This document shows positions 25,511 through 26,099 of a stretch of DNA of 26,099 nucleotides, piece after piece. The notes beneath the pieces were generated by a model. It saw only the letters and a list, made by a program, of their open reading frames with translations. It was not told where the DNA came from and searched no databases. Positions within the stretch are counted from its first letter, which is position 1. Every line of letters starts with the position of its first letter. Origin of the DNA: a virus (lineage: Duplodnaviria; Caudoviricetes); IMG/VR virus record IMGVR_UViG_3300034349_000011, positions 1-26,099 of that record; one strand, written 5' to 3'. The position numbers and the translations under genes were made by a program.

Positions 25511-25546
25511 GACCTGTCCCTGAAAAGGGACAGGTCTCTTTTATGC
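25511..25546 (+). terminator. Intrinsic terminator closing the candidate ncRNA
   Basis: GACCTGTCCCT-GAAA-AGGGACAGGTC followed by TCTTTTATGC. Confidence 0.85.
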
Positions 25547-25567
25547 TGCTTACTAATGGTGAACGAA

Positions 25568-26059
25568 ATGATGCTGAATGTCAGTGGCTTGTGGAAACGA
25601 GTCTGGCCCGCTATTAAAGTGGCTGGTACATGGAAGCTCAGTAAGGCTGTCTTTGTAAAGGTAGGTGGAATCTGGAAGCAGGAGATTGGCGCTGCACCGA
25701 AGAACACCATCTATAACGGAACCATCACTGTGGGCCATGGGACTTCTGCGGGTCTAGAGCTCTACGGGTTTCATGCAGCTGCAACTGGCGGAGCTGCTAG
25801 TCCTAACAGCACGAAACAAGCCCAAGGCTTCTACGCACTCACAGAGAACAAACCGTTCCTCGGGGCTGATCAGTATAAGTGGCTGGAAATGATGATCGCT
25901 GGTAATGTTAGCGCCATCAACTTCGGTAACTGTTCCGTCAACGGCGTGATCGGTGAAATGATTAGCTGGCAATACGTTAGCGAAACCAATAGCAGTTACA
26001 TCCGCTGGCACTTCCCTACCGCCCTCCCATTAACCGGGACTTGGGCACTCATCGTGTAA
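25568..26059 (+). CDS. Putative fibre-tip adhesin: triple (K/N)-V-x-G-x-W N-terminus plus beta-rich domain (163 aa)
   Basis: NVSGLWK, KVAGTWK and KVGGIWK, paralogous to 22167..22361; the longer start at 25460 runs through the ncRNA and terminator. Confidence 0.7.
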   Translation: MMLNVSGLWKRVWPAIKVAGTWKLSKAVFVKVGGIWKQEIGAAPKNTIYNGTITVGHGTSAGLELYGFHAAATGGAASPNSTKQAQGFYALTENKPFLGADQYKWLEMMIAGNVSAINFGNCSVNGVIGEMISWQYVSETNSSYIRWHFPTALPLTGTWALIV

Positions 26060-26099
26060 AAAATTCCTGCTTATCAATACCTTATGTGAAGAACCCGCC

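Noticed and set aside
24841-25567. Longer starts at 24841 and 25460 in the ORF track (similarly 6101, 10134, 15330, 15683, 23119)
   Set aside because: These extensions lack an RBS and run through hairpins, terminators or upstream genes; downstream starts fit RBS position or gene packing better.
1-26099. CRISPR array, DGR template/variable repeat pair, or invertible fibre cassette
   Set aside because: By eye I found no regularly spaced direct repeats, no long near-identical DNA pair, no reverse transcriptase or invertase, and no inverted fibre genes. A self dot-plot would be needed to exclude weak repeats.

Overview
A 26.1-kb, gene-dense stretch of a large lytic dsDNA phage genome in which every credible gene lies on the + strand. 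A phiKZ-like (Chimalliviridae-type) jumbo phage of a gamma-proteobacterium is inferred from the SspB homologue, an insertion-rich thymidylate synthase, TACATTA-type early and TATG-type late promoter-like motifs, and the fibre gene types. Bases 1-18,000 are an accessory/early region: partial SspB, an HD hydrolase, a four-repeat 827-aa protein, an orphan MqsA-like HTH, ThyA, a 2OG-Fe(II) dioxygenase fusion, a Tat-signal protein, a protein with an RNAP-like NADFDG(N) motif, a P-loop NTPase and Zn-finger/HTH proteins. Bases 18,100-26,099 are a tail-fibre/adhesin/chaperone cluster interrupted by two stand-alone early-type cassettes (a 68-aa protein and a DEDDh exonuclease). The best novelty candidate is an unannotated ~106-nt multi-stem RNA at 25404-25509 with its own TATG start motif and terminator. 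Next is a possible modular fibre-tip system of two proteins that share a triple K-V-x-G-x-W N-terminus. I found no tRNA, rRNA, CRISPR array, integrase or transposase. All family calls come from motif recognition by eye, not database searches.
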